A DNA stretch of 64,000 bases from Camelus ferus. Taxonomy: Eukaryota. Of the stretch, positions 37,371 through 50,760 are shown piece after piece. The stretch is taken from assembly GCF_009834535.1 (NCBI RefSeq), contig NC_045697.1, positions 14,014,001 through 14,078,000 of the forward strand, read 5' to 3'. Each line of letters begins with the position of its first letter. Position 1 is the stretch's first letter. The notes under the pieces are model-generated. The model did not search any database. It was not told the origin of the DNA and saw nothing but the letters and a program-made list of their open reading frames with translations. The position numbers were made by a program, and so were the translations under genes.

Positions 37371-38712
37371 TGTGTGTGTATGTGCATGTGTGTATAAATA
37401 TAAATGTATACATTTATATATGTGTGTGTGTACAATGCATATGTATGTCACAAATATAAACACACAGCTGCATTGCTATACTGCCTGTATTGAAGTTGTG
37501 ATAAAAAACAGGAGATTGATTATGGCATGTTTTGTGACCTCACAGAGTTTTCTACATCTTAGAATAAGTGCAAGCTTTCAGAGATTTCCTCTGGCCTGTG
37601 TCTCTGCTTTTTTAAAATTTTAGTCCTAGGAAGCACCACAGCTTTAAAGTAACTCAATATAACACATAAACCTGGCTCGTAGGGGTTCGGTTAAAGTTCC
37701 ATGTGGACCCTTTGAATGAAATAGAGCTAGCCCAGGCATTTTGAACAGATATTCCAACAATAAACAAAAACCATGGCCTGTAGTATCCAAATCATTCCTG
37801 CTCATCCTTCTTCTCCTGACTCATAATACATAGCACCATCACCCTAAAAGTAATTATGCAAGACAGTACCCCACTTTTCCCACTCCTGATCATGCAGGTT
37901 TAGCAGCAGGCTTTGGTTAGGGTCTCTGCCCATGTGCTGCAATGACTATGGGTGGATAACTGGCCTGAATTCTCACTTGGCTACATAGGGTTAAGGTGGA
38001 TTTGCAGCTCTGGGGGGCCTTTGGGACCCACACTGTGCTGATGGAAGCTCTCCTGTATTTCCCTCTCCAAATGACTAGTCTTTCATTAATTCATTAACAA
38101 ACATTGGTGGAGCCCTTTGTATGCCAGTTCCTACATCAGGCACTATGTTTGCCCTCCTGGTCCTTCAGCTTTGTCTAAAAATAGTATCCATCATTTATTG
38201 AGCACATACTGGGTGTTGGGTGTTTTACAAGCATTGCCTAATTTCATCCTTGTAGAACTCTATGAACTAAGGATTAGAGACTACAGAGCTGGAAACGAAG
38301 ATGTAGGGGATAAGAAAGTTAGAAAAAAAAAATGAAGGAAGGAAGGAGAAAGGGAGGGAGAGGGGGAGGGAGAAGGAGGGAGGAAAAGGAAAGTCAAACA
38401 CTAGGAGAGGGTGGGTGGCAGACCTACCATTCCAGTGGAGGCTCCTCTGACTCCAAAGCCATTTGCCGTGCGTGGCTGGGTGCACTGCCAGGTGCTGGCC
38501 CAGAGAGGCCTTCTGACGTCAAATACGAAGGATAAGCTGTATTAAATAATGATGAGATATGATACACTCTGTACATACATAGATAGTTACAGAGGTATAA
38601 CTGAGCTAAGTTGCTTAAATATTTAGGCTTGCATGTGGTTGGGAAAGTGACGAGAGCTTCTGAAATAACTTTTGTCCTCTTGCCCCTAGGATGAAATAGC
38701 AAATAGGGACCC

Positions 38713-38713
38713 A

Positions 38714-38764
<51 letters not shown>
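38713..38764. repeat. (ATAA)13 perfect tetranucleotide microsatellite
   Basis: Read directly from sequence. Confidence 0.97.
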
Positions 38765-39334
38765 AACCAGATCATTTTAAAATTACGTTTGTGAACTACT
38801 GTTGGAAGTTGTAACCTAAAGACAATATCTCATTTTTAATCAGCCAAAATTATGCCCAACATTTCAAGTTAAGTGTTTTTTTGTTTTTGTTTTTAGCTTG
38901 AAGGTGAGACAGTGTTAAACAAGATTTGGAAAAGTCACCAAATGGCCCAAGTTAACTGTGTGAACTCGCTGACTTTTTGCTTAGCTGGGCTCCTTGTGTT
39001 AGATGACTCCCTTGATGGAAATGTTGGCTCCTCACGCTGTTCTGATGAATCTGAATCTCAAGAAGAAAGACATTTTTGAGTAACTTTCTAGGAAAGGGAA
39101 AAAAACCCCAAATCTTTGTATCTAGAGAAAATAATTGTCGTCGTTTCATGTGTGTACGTAAGAATTACAGTAGGATATTTTGGGAAAGTTATGAAGTGAT
39201 GGTCCAGAAAACTGTGATAAAAGGCACATACTGTGGAACTTCCTGACTTACTGTTCTTCTCTGGCACCGATTCACAGAGCTCGAGGGCACATTCTAACCT
39301 GAGCATCGATTCTGGCCTCTAACCGCACTGCCTG

Positions 39335-39350
39335 GCTGCCATCTAGTGGC
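39335..39350 (-). promoter_or_regulatory. CTCF motif (GCCACTAGATGGCAGC on the minus strand)
   Basis: Core CCACTAGATGGCAG fits CCASYAGRKGGCRS exactly. Confidence 0.6.
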
Positions 39351-39519
39351 TGCCCCCTGAGACTTAGCGGGCAATCATAAATCATAAAACAAAATCAGTA
39401 ACCACTCAACATTGACCAAATAGGACCCTGTCAAGATATGAAGGCCATTTATTTACCAGTATTACTGCCCAACTCCTTATTGGATGACATGTCAGATTAC
39501 ATATTTTACTTTATTTATT

Positions 39520-39700
39520 TAGCTTGAGACAAATCTTAAATTCCCAGGGCCTCAGTTTTCTCATCGGCTGGATAGGGGAAAATAAAAGTTTTACTTCACA
39601 GAATGTTTTCAAAGTTTTACATGGAATAACCCAGGTACTGTTGTCACATAGTGCCTAGATCGTAGTAATTACTTAACAAGTAGCTTTACTACTGTTCTTG
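39520..39700 (+). mobile_element. MIR
   Basis: gggcctcagttttctcatc...ttacttcacagaatgtt...acatagtgcctag. Confidence 0.7.
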
Positions 39701-39924
39701 GTGTTTTGGATGGTGTTGTTTATAACATGAATGCCTTGGTCATCTTATTTCTATGCTCCAGACTCCTTGCACGTCTAATTTCTCAGAGCCTAATCGTATT
39801 AATGGGTCTGCCTGTTGGGGTAAATCTTAAGTGAGAATTTAAGGGCAGTGCAAATAGTAATTATATCTTGAACAAACATTGAAAATAATAAATCTAAGAA
39901 GATCCTTTTCTGTGTTCATCCTGT

Positions 39925-40110
39925 GTTGAATTTGAGCCCTGTGTGTTTGCTAGCCACATGACCTTGAGCAACTTACTATTCCTCAGTTTCCTGGCCTGGA
40001 AAATAGGGACTGTAGTAGGACATACCTCTGAGGGTTGTGGTGAGCAAAAAGAAATGTGCTCAGTGCAACACACGGTTAGCATCATAAGAAGGTTAACCAT
40101 TGTTGTTTTC
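39925..40110 (+). mobile_element. MIR
   Basis: gctagccacatgaccttgagcaacttact...cctcagtttcctggcctggaaaataggga...acctctgagggttgtggtgag. Confidence 0.8.
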
Positions 40111-40490
40111 TTCTTGTATCTTCCAAGGGTGTTTTATTGCCTATCTTAAAAATTCTTTCTGGAACACAGTAAAATCTTTGTTATTCATAAATGTGTGCAG
40201 ACATTTTTAAAGTATTGCTTATCATACATTATAGCTGTTATATAATGTTATTATAAAATTCCCTGTAAGTATGTGCAAGCTAGATTTTTAAAATAGACTT
40301 GACCAGTAGACACCAAGGTGAATGAGATCCAGGCTAGAATATCATTAGCATAAAGATCTGATTTAGCCCTAGAGAGGAGCAAAGATGGCTACTCTCTGGA
40401 CAAAGACAAAAAAGGAAACAACACAGCGTTGTCTGAGGTTGAGGATAAAGTCAGTCAAAGCAGAGAGCTGCTGAACAGGTGGCCATTCGG

Positions 40491-40501
40491 TGCTGAGTCA
40501 C
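40491..40501 (-). promoter_or_regulatory. NFE2/NRF2-sMAF (ARE/MARE) consensus GTGACTCAGCA
   Basis: Perfect 11-mer; motif match only, no evidence of binding. Confidence 0.25.
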
Positions 40502-40595
40502 TGTTTCAAAGTCTCACCATTTGCTATCGTGAAGAATGGCCAGACTCCAGGACCAGTTCATAGGTTACAGGTTGAGGTATGAAGGGCGAGGGGGC

Positions 40596-40900
40596 GTGTT
40601 AGACTGGGTTCCTCGGCAGCTCCTCTGACGCAAGGATTTACAGGAAGTTATTTGTAGGAAGAGTTTCTAAGAGGAGAGGAGGAGCTGGGAACAGGGCAGA
40701 TGAGGTGTTAAGCAGTTTAGCAGAGCATCACATTGGCTCAGTCGCAATCAAACCAAGACTTGCTCGGAGCAGGGACTGGGGAGCTGCAGCCGTGCATCAG
40801 TCGCTGGCTAAAGGGGTGGGGGAACGCCAGTTCCCAGGCACTTCCTGTTTGCCGTGTGCACAGGCAGGATGCGTTCTGGCCTTCTGAGAATGTTGCAAAT
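40596..40900 (-). mobile_element. ERVL solo LTR (LTR16/LTR33-like)
   Basis: tgttagactgggttcctcggcagctcctctgacgcaaggatttacaggaagttatttg...gcatcagtcgctggctaagggg. Confidence 0.6.
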
Positions 40901-41955
40901 GAGGCTGTCAGCTTTGGGGAGTGAAAGCGTAATGAGGGCTGGCCTAGACAAAAACAGTAAAGGAACCCATCCAGGGACAATGGCAGAGAACTCACAGCTT
41001 CTGCTACAGAGGGTGTGGCAATGTGGGTCTAAATTCAGAAGAAAAGCTGGAAAGGACTAGGGAGTCCCATTGCTGCTGCGTTTACCTCGTTCAGGACTGA
41101 CTTTGGCAACTTTTGTGATGCTGGTTTTATCCTGACCAATAGCTCGTTGTGTATTCTTTCCAATTCTTAAAAATATGTCATCCCATGGTTTTGTATTACT
41201 AACTAAAAATACAGATCACAGAGATCCTTTAGATACGTATAGTGTCTAAGTACATACACATACATTTCCTTCTTGAACCTGTAACAACTCTATAATTAGG
41301 GAGAAACGTGAAACCTTGCCCTCATTCCTGAAACAAAGTACTTACATTGCTAGATGACATCTGAGTTACAAATTAAACTCAGAAAAATGTTCTTCCTTGT
41401 CCAGCAACTTACACAGACCTACGACTGAAAGATAGGTTTAGACGGTTTGTAAACGCTTCGTCACAATAATTATGATCGCTGTTATCAGTGTTACACGTTA
41501 CTGATCATAGAGTGGATCCTATGCATTGTGTGTGTGTGTTATGTTGCATATATAGAAAACGAGATAAGATCCAATTCTGTACCTGTAACCTGTCTCCCAA
41601 AACATTTAGTGTCACATGTGTAAGTCTGCAGGTACCAGACAAATGTTGTTTTCCCAGGAGGTATCTATGTTTTTGATTGTTGATGAGAATGAGAATGTTA
41701 ACCAAGAGCTTTTAGCTTAGACTCTGAAGGTCCACACCCATTAGGCAACTGACAAAAGCCATGGTTCAGCTAGAAACCAGCCACTCAGTAGCAATGCCAA
41801 CACTTAGATTTACCAGTAAGTTTTCTCAACTAAGAGTGAAGTTAAGGTGTGTTTTCCACCAACCTTGCTCTATCTCCATTTTGTACCGTCCTTTTCTTTC
41901 TTCGACCTTTCCTAAAACTTACGATTTTCATAGCTCCATTCAGTCTGCCTCCATT

Positions 41956-42312
41956 TACTGTGGACTGAATTGCGTCCCTCCCCCCAAATTCATATATTGA
42001 AACCCTAACCTGCCAGGTGACAGATTTGGAGATGGAACGTTGAAGGTAGTTAGGTTTAGAGGAAGTCATAAGGGTGGGACCCCTAGTCTGTGAATAGAAG
42101 AGACAGTAGAAAGCTGACTTTCCCTTTCTCTCTGGCATGTGAAGACGCAGTGAGAAAGGGATCATCTGCAAGTCAGAAATAGAGCTGTCACCGGAAACCA
42201 ACCATGCTGCATCCTGATCTTGGACTTAGCCTCTGAAAGTGAGAGAGGAAATTCTGTTGTTGAAGCCACACGGTTTGCAGTATTTATAATGACAGTCCGA
42301 GGAACTGGGGCA
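41956..42312 (+). mobile_element. MLT1A-like ERVL-MaLR solo LTR
   Basis: tgtggactgaattgcgtccctccccccaaattcatatattgaaaccctaacc...ctgatcttggacttagcctctgaaagtgagagaggaaattctgttgttgaagccac. Confidence 0.88.
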
Positions 42313-45300
42313 CTATTATTGCTCTTTAAGAACTAGTTCCTGGGACAAGAATAAAGGAATTTAAAAGCAAAGTTAATTAGCAATACTAGTACTTTGTCCA
42401 GACATTAAAATGGAGATAACTTTCGGTTCCCTATGCTTGGTGAAGAATCTGATGAATCTAACTTTTGCCTTTTCCAGGAAGTCAGGCACAACTTTCAAAT
42501 CCAAAGGATGTTTTGAAAGTGACTTAAGTCTGATTGTCACATGCTGCTTAGAAATCCCAGGCTTGCTGGTGGAACATTTTGTAGTAACATTTAAAACTAT
42601 AAACATTTTATTTTTCTCCTTCAGTGGAGAGAGCTGATTCATCATGAGCTCCTCTGTCCCTCTCTTCACCATATGTCTCCTCCTCAGTGTTGATTTCCTG
42701 TTGACATTAACATGACAGACATGTATTAAGGAATTAGGATGAAAGGTTTAAATTTAATGATGAACTTTTTTTAAAAACAAAGGTCAAATTTTCTACAAAA
42801 CCATTTCAAATGCATCCTGGACCATTGTTCATATTTTGCATTGGAAGCATCAATACTCCCTTTTCCCCAAAAGGCTAAGTAAGGTATCATAAATAGATTT
42901 ATTTCTACAATGTAATGAGAGGAGGGGAATCCTGTGAGAAGCTGATAAGAGTCTTACGATTCAATAATACACAGCCTATCAAATCCAGCTTGGATGGCAA
43001 GGGGCTCTAAGCATTTTATAATTCCTGATGGAATGTTTCCTTTGCCTTCTTCCTTGTTCTCCATTTGATGGCATTTATGCACACCCATGCAGGATTATTT
43101 GGCACATCTATGCTTTGATTTCATGTTCATTTTGTTAGATTGTTCAGCCTACACTTAGCAGAGATCAACAGGAGTTTTCCAGAGTGGTACTAATGGGTGC
43201 ATGGATGGAGTACCATCACAGTGTGTTTCTGCTGCCCCTGGGCTTTGTCATGAGGAGATACTCATATTTCAAAGGACATTCCATGGTTCATTTTTTATCT
43301 TCTTTATCTTACTTCATCCCTCCTAATACATTTTGAATTGTCATGTTAGTGAGATAGCCTGAATGTATACATCAATATAGCTATATCACACAAAGATCTT
43401 ACAGATTGGTTGCTTTTTAACTTTGTGAATCACAGATAATCAGCTGTAAGAAATTTCAGAATACTTTCTAGTTTCTCCAACTTTTTGTCAGTATGTCAAC
43501 ATAAGATCAGATAAATGTACATCAGGAAAACATTGGGACATTGAGATTGGAAACACTGAGATTGGTGGGATCTTTAGTTTGTTAAATTTCCCCAAAACCA
43601 TCTTAATTGGGATGGAGGAAGGGGATTTAAAAACCAGGAAAAAAGACTTGGGGCAGTGGAAAGATTATAAATACATACCCACAGCGAGCGTATCACAAGT
43701 GCTCATTCTCTAGATTTTTTGCTGTGCTCTTGAATGTTTACCAAAGTGAAGAACCTCTAAAGTAGGAGTTCTACAATTTATTGTTTTAGTGCAACTAAAG
43801 CAGAACTTGATAAATACAGCATTTGACATGTTTATACTGATTTGTCATTTGGAATTTAAACTGTATTTCAAGGTGGAAAAAAAGAGAGCCCTTTTCTGAT
43901 TATAAATGGTTAATGGTAGAATTCTCACTTGCCCAGGAGTCTGCATTTGATTCTCACTGCTTCCAATTCCCCTAGAACCTCTCCGTTAAGCCTTTAGCAC
44001 TGTGATCGACATTTAATGCACATACAATAATCACTTGTCTACTAAACAAGCAAATGAAATAGGGAAGATACAACATATAAACATAACTCAAATATAAACG
44101 TTTAGTCACCATGCTATGTGTTAAAATTATTTTCATGAGTAAGGAAAGTTGTAAGCTTGATTTATATTTATTTACACTGCTAATAATGATTATGAATTTG
44201 CTTAAATATTTGAGTTTTAAGTATAGCTTTTCATTACATTTCTTTTTTAAAGGAATGCAATCTTGGCTCATTGTGGTCATTTTGTTACACCCCTTGTGTG
44301 GTTATGTAGTTAAAGGATCTATCTCTTTATTCATTAGCTTTTTAGATTGCTTTGTTGGGCGAAGGGAATATTTTGCATTGTTTCATAGAATTTGTAAATT
44401 AAATGTACAAATGAAACAATGTGTTTATTGCTGAATTACCTATAGTTTCCATGGGTATAAGATGCATGGGACTAATGTTTTTATTGGCACTTTTTCCTTT
44501 GACTGCCACTTTCCAGGAATGTTAAATTGAATCAAGTAGGTACAAATTAGCCATAAAACATTTTTATCTGCTTATCAATTTCAGAGCATCTGAAATGACA
44601 AAGTCTCATTGTTCTCTGACAGCTCTTGCTTTTGAATTAGATTACGTACCCATTATAATATCTATGGAATTTTAGAATAAAATTCTAGTAGAGACAAATG
44701 TTGAGAAATAATTTGAGAAAGTAAGTCATGAAGTTGAAAAGATTCAAAAGGCCTGTGAAATGTGTCATAGCTTTAAAAATACCAACCATGTTATAGCATC
44801 TTCTATAATAAAATTACACAGATATGTTGTTTTTTCAATTATTGTAGGGAGCATTTATTCACAAATAAACCTTGAAAAGTTAACTATTATCCACATGTGT
44901 TTCATGTTATAAACTGATATTTTAAAATCAGCAGTGGCGTGCTTTTTTCTACTTGAAGATCTGTACGTTTTATTATTGCAGATTCATATAGTGGATTTCA
45001 GTGTTTAAAATATCCAAATAATCTAAATAACAATGTTTACTATTTTAGAACCATTTCCTGTTTCAAATTTTATTTCAGATTATTGGTCAAATTTATTAAA
45101 ATACTTAGGATTAACGACAAAAATACAGTAGTCCTGCTTAATTCTGCAGAGCTCAGTTTTCTAGTTGACATGGTTTTAATGCAGCATTTGTTACCAAAAA
45201 GCATTTAAAGTTAATGTACACATCCTCTCTCTGGTCATTTATATATTTTTATAAGTAGTCATAGGAAGGTTGGTTAGGATACTGTGAGAGGCCCTCCTGC

Positions 45301-47379
45301 TTTCAGAGATTTGCCAGGTGGTGATTACCTTTGTTTCCCATCTGCAGGTATCCCTGGGTAGTTAGTTTTGTATCCATCAGTCCATCAGTCCTTATTTGCC
45401 CCAATTTCACAGTAACGCACATTTTAAAGTAACAGTGAGTGAGACTTCATACTGTATCAGATTTGTAAACCCAAGTAAATTAGGTCTATATAGTTCCCCT
45501 TGATTGCATACTTTACTCTTGCTGAGTACTTTAGTTGACCAATAAGGCATGATTTGACTTCATGAAAACCTTTGTCTGTTTCCCCCTAAATTGTGTTTGC
45601 TTATTTTCCCTGAGTTTTCCGTGCATTTTAAACACTGTTTAAAGTTCATCGTAAGTGTTCCATGAAGCTCTGTTTTAGCTCTAGTGATTTCCAGGTTGTT
45701 TTTGACCTTCAGACACTATGGACTTGGGAAAACTTTATTTCTAATAGATGACTTTTCTTTTTATAGAAAAGGATTTTGCTATTTTGTCACAGTTTTATGC
45801 TTTGTTCAGTTTGTTGTATTTTTAAAGGTTTTTTGTTATTACTTTGAGGTTCCTTTCATGCCATTTCTTTAAACCTGTGGCTCATTTTTTTCTGAATTTT
45901 CACCATGATTTTTGGTTTTGCTTTTGTTTTAAATAAATATGCCCATGCTTCTGATGGCTTTTATTTTATAAATGAAGTAGTCTTGGGGGAAAAAGTCTGT
46001 AAATGTGTGTGTGGTGTATACTAATTACAGAGAGTAAGTTCTCATTTTTAAAACATGACATATCGATTAGATACAATTAAAACTTACCCGAAGTTATTTT
46101 GTTTTCTAAATCTTCCTGTACACAAGTCAGTTTGACAGGGAGAAAAATAAAAAAGCTGCCTTCAACCAATAGAAATTCCTTTAGCAAGTTTAATTTTAAG
46201 TTCTTAGGAAATGCTTAGACACTTTTAAAAAGTCAGAAAAGATGATATATTTTATATGGATACTTTATGTTGAAAAATGGCTCTTTAGCTGAAAGCTTAA
46301 AGTAGTGTATGGAGAAAACTCAAGTTTGGGTTAATTTCCAGCTGTGCTAAACTACTTGCATTCCCCAGCTGGTTTCCACACTTTTCCATGCATAGCTTCC
46401 TTTGTCTGCCAGTCCTTCCAACCCCAGCCATGTGCACGACCATGTGTTTTTCAAGACTCTTCTGTAACATTCCTGACCCCTCAGTTGGGCTTTGATGTCA
46501 TTTTTGGTGCTTCTTTAGAAACCTGCGTTTTTCCCTCTCACACAAATGTGTGAATGGGCGTCCTTGGTCAGTGCTCCTTTCTAGACTGTGAGCTTCTTGA
46601 GGGCAGGGATGCTGCCTGCTTCGTCATTGCATTCTCAATGCCTAGTGTGGTACCTACCTCACACCCTCTGCCTGAGGCTCAGTCAGCACCTGCACTGGAG
46701 GAAGCAGCTGTGAGCCTGGAGTGCGGAGGTGGAGGGGAAGAAAGGACATCACCAGGACTGTTGACGGATGAGCACAGCATTGACTAGAATAAAATGCTCA
46801 TAGTGTAGGAAGCTGAATAGAAGGGGAGGGTTTGTAGAATGCTATCTATAAACACAAAGTTGAAACTGGGGAGAGAATGAACATGGGGACAGGGAATCAA
46901 ATTCTTTAGAGAATGAGGAGTTTAGCATCAGGGAAGGTGGTAGAAGAAAAATAGTTTTCTAAAACAATCATATTTCACTTGATGTGGGTTATCTGATCAA
47001 GATGACCTGGAGAAAATTCACTGTGTACTATTACATTAATTAATGGGAAAGACTCCAGAGTTTGACAGGCAGAGTCATTTGTCTGCTGGTGATAACTAAA
47101 ATTGTAAGGAATGATTATATATTGTAGCTTTAGTTTTTGCAAATGTATTGAAGAGGAAAAGAAAAAGAGGGAGATCTTTAAACTATAACTTAAGAAACAA
47201 GAGCTGGAGCTCAGAAAGCAGGACATGAGACTTGGCTGAAAAGCCACTGATGCAGTATAAAAAGATTACCTGGAGTTTAGCAACAATAATAATGAATGTA
47301 TGTGTGTGTGTATATACATATATATATACACACACGTACACATATGAATCACTATATATATAAAATAATAAATAGTGTA

Positions 47380-47785
47380 TAACAGGTTCCAGGCTTACAT
47401 TATTTCATTTAAACCTCATTTAAACCTGGGGAAGCATTCATTGTTATTTCTAAAGAAGTCACTAGTTACTGAGAGGCAGGCAACTTACCCTGGGTCCCCA
47501 GACTAGCGCATTTTAGAGTTGGGAGTGGAACCCATTGAGAGGGTTTTACTTTTATACCCCCTAGTGTAAGTTTTAAACAGATTCTATACAACAGTCATGA
47601 TGTAGCCGTCCAGGGCTTAAGAATTATGTTTATTTTATCTCATTTGATCTTCATAAAAAATAAGCAGAAGTGTTACTATCTTCAACTGAAAGGTAGAGAA
47701 ACAGGTCTAACGGGAAGCTGAGAGAGCAGCCCAGGTGTGTACAGCCTGTGAATAGTGGTGATCCCGCGGAATCAATGGCTTTCAG
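47380..47785 (-). mobile_element. Two MIR fragments
   Basis: tttcatttaaacctca...gagaggcaggcaacttaccctgggtcccc; tctcatttgatcttcat...gcccaggtgtgtacagcctgtgaatagtgg. Confidence 0.65.
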
Positions 47786-47787
47786 TT

Positions 47788-48008
47788 CTTTTTTTCGTAA
47801 ATTTAAAGTTTGTTTTTTTAATTGAAGTGTAGTTGATTTACAATGTTAGTTTCAGTTGTACAGCAAAGCGTTTCAGTTATACACACACATACGTATTTTT
47901 TTCAGATTCTTTTCCATTATAAGTTATTACAGGAAATTGAATAGAGTTCCCTGTGCTACACAGTAGGTCCTTGTTTATCTATTTTATATACAGTCATGTG
48001 TATCTGTA
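47788..48008 (-). mobile_element. Short lineage-specific L1 3' end
   Basis: ttaattgaagtgtagttgatttacaatgttagtttcag...ttccctgtgctacacagtaggtccttg. Confidence 0.9.
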
Positions 48009-49315
48009 ACATTGCAGTTGCCACTAAACCATGCTACCTCCACAGACGGGGCTCCATTTGAAGCATGGTATTTAGGTCCGTATTTTCATTATAATGCAGT
48101 AAGCATCTTGTGTCTGTGACACACATACTTACGCTAGAGCCTGCTGGATGCCATGTCACCAAAGCCAAACGTCGTAGGCAGAGGTGTATTCTTACAAAAT
48201 GGATCTGTACGTCTAGAGAAGCAAAAGGTACTTTGTGAAAGTATTATCATTGTGGATTCTAAAGGTTGAAAGCATGTGGCTGCATGTTTAAAACCTCTCT
48301 ACATAAGGTCCTTGTGAGTACGGTGTTTGTGTCTAGAGTCAGTTAACAGCAGCTGCAGGCCAGAGCTCGCGGAGGACCTGCTGGTGTACCCAGTACGGCC
48401 GATGTCTCGGAATAAGAGAAGCGAAGCCACAGAGGGAAGACTCTAAGATCGCATTCTTCTTTTTAAGTGAAGCCTTACAACAAAGTCAGATAGTAACAGT
48501 CGTCTCTAAAAACGTACCAGTAATGATCAGACACGCTCCGCAGATTATTACTGCTTTTTTCCTCAGCTCTCCACCCCCTGCCCCTCCACCACATGCAGAA
48601 TGTTATCTAAAATCACTTCCCTCAAGCCTGTGTTCTCTACCACTTTTAATCATGTTTCCATTCATTTCTAAGGCTTCTGTCTTCAATTACTAACTTGAAG
48701 GAGTTGAAGAAGGCAGTTGGGGTTGGGAGAGAGAAAGAAAGAAAACTCGTTTGGAGGCTGCTCAGTGATCCATCCTGTGCTAATTGCCTTCCTGTTCATC
48801 AGAGCCAAACGACAGCCCTGCAAAGTCAGTGTCTTTACAGCCACGCATCCCGGAAAGCAAACCAAGGCTAGAAAAATGAAATCACTTGTGTGAAGTCTTG
48901 CAGGGAGTCAGGGAGGGGACTGAAACCCAGGTTTGACTTTTGACACCATGCTTCTGACCTCTGTACCTAAAGACACTGGCATTCAAATCTGCTTTCAGTA
49001 TGGATTTATAATTTTCTCCTGTGAAATGTGACCATGATCGGGAGTAAATCAGGTCTTGTGAGACACACCCACGTGCGCGCCGACACAGGATCATACATAA
49101 ATATACAGAAGAATTTAAAGCAAATGCCCAAATACCTGCCATTCAGGGCAGAGATGGAACCTTACCGCCGCCCTACACCTGTCCCCTTGTGTCTTTCCCT
49201 ATCACACCTGCCTCTTGGCCACCCAGGAAAAATACCATTCTAATTCGTGGTTGTCACTTCCTTGTTTTTCTTTTCCTTGAAATAAGTAATAAAGTTGTTT
49301 TTTGGGGTTTTTTTT

Positions 49316-49347
<32 letters not shown>

Positions 49348-50279
49348 TGCAATTGTTCCCTAAGTAAGGAAACAGTTGTATCCAGGTGAGGCGCACAGCT
49401 CTTCATAGGAAGGTGTGTGGGAATGTACTGCAGATATACTGTCTGCTGTTCTCACGCTGAAGATCATGAGTCTTGAAATGTGGGCTCAGGTGGCCATTCT
49501 CAGACTTCGAGTGCCCCTAAGTGGCCATCACAGAAAATACAGCCTTTGACAACTCTGGCACTGTCCTTTCAGCGAACAGCCAGACTTTCCTTTGGGTTCC
49601 TGGCCTCGCTTCTCCTGCGCTCTGCATCCTATTTTTTTGTTAAACAAGGGCTCCAAGTACTTGAATTTGACCCTGCTAACAGAAGGGCGTTTGTGCAGCA
49701 TTAGCATTAAGCGGGAAATCGCTGACAGACGAAGTGGCCGTCTGTCCTGCTCCCCACCTAGGAGCCCACTTTGACCCTTCTCCCCGCAGCTGTCGGATCA
49801 GATTGGGACTAGCTTTGGCCCTACACCCACTGGCCCATGGATCTGCCTCTCTTTTCCCTCACATTCACAGAGCTTTGTGTCTTAGAAACAAGTCCGTTTG
49901 TTCTGGTTTTGTTCTGAGATGTCAGGTCGTTTAGCGGCACAGATGGACATCTGATTTCCACTCTCTTTTGGAGGAACTTCGTGGGGAGCAGGCTGCCTGC
50001 AGACACATGAAGTTTGTACACATTTACTGGACACGGGGAGGTATTTTTAGTAAAGGAAAAATAGTAACTTAATAATGTTTTTAAGACTTACACTTAGTGG
50101 GAGATTATTGGATCCTCTGTTTCATAATCAAGGCAGAAATTCTTTTTCCACGTGTCTCCCATGAAGTCCCATATGCCACCCTAATCTTCTAAAGGTTAAA
50201 AAAATGGCCTCTAATTTCAGTTATTAGTTGATATTTTGAAAGATACAGTCTTTCCTAGTGGAAATTTTGGTCCGTTTCC

Positions 50280-50760
50280 ATATTCAGCAAATATTTACGG
50301 AGGGACCTATTACATGCCACCATGATCAGCATAAACAAGATGAAGAGGTTCCTATTTTCATGACACATGTTCTATAGAAGAGAACTAGAATGAGTAAATA
50401 AGTGAATAAGTTCTAAAAAAATCAATGAGATCATTTCAGATGGCAATGAGAAATACGAAGGAAATAAAACAGGTTCTTTGGCTGGAGAATGACTGGGAGG
50501 AGAGAAGAGCTATTTTAGAAGGAAGAGTCAAGGAAAGCTTCTCTGATCAGAATAGGACCTTTGAGCCTGGTTGTCAGTGCAGAGCGTGAGCCCTGGGCTG
50601 GACAGCATGTGGGACAGAGAGACCAGACGATGCAGAATCCCAGCCACACAGATGTATTTTGATGCATCTGAATAACAGAAAGAAGATCCGTGAGAGAAGA
50701 GAGTCGTGAGAGTGGCGTTGCTTGGTGAGGAGGGGCCGTGTGTGTGGATTCAGTCTGCAG
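50280..50760 (-). mobile_element. L2 fragment
   Basis: attcagcaaatatttacggagggacctattacatgcca; gtcaaggaaagcttctctga. Confidence 0.7.

Noticed and set aside
49130..49175. Peptide PFRAEMEPYRR, superficially like a PDE4D7 N-terminal stretch
   Set aside because: Similarity is only a few residues, the flanks do not match and there are no supporting splice sites
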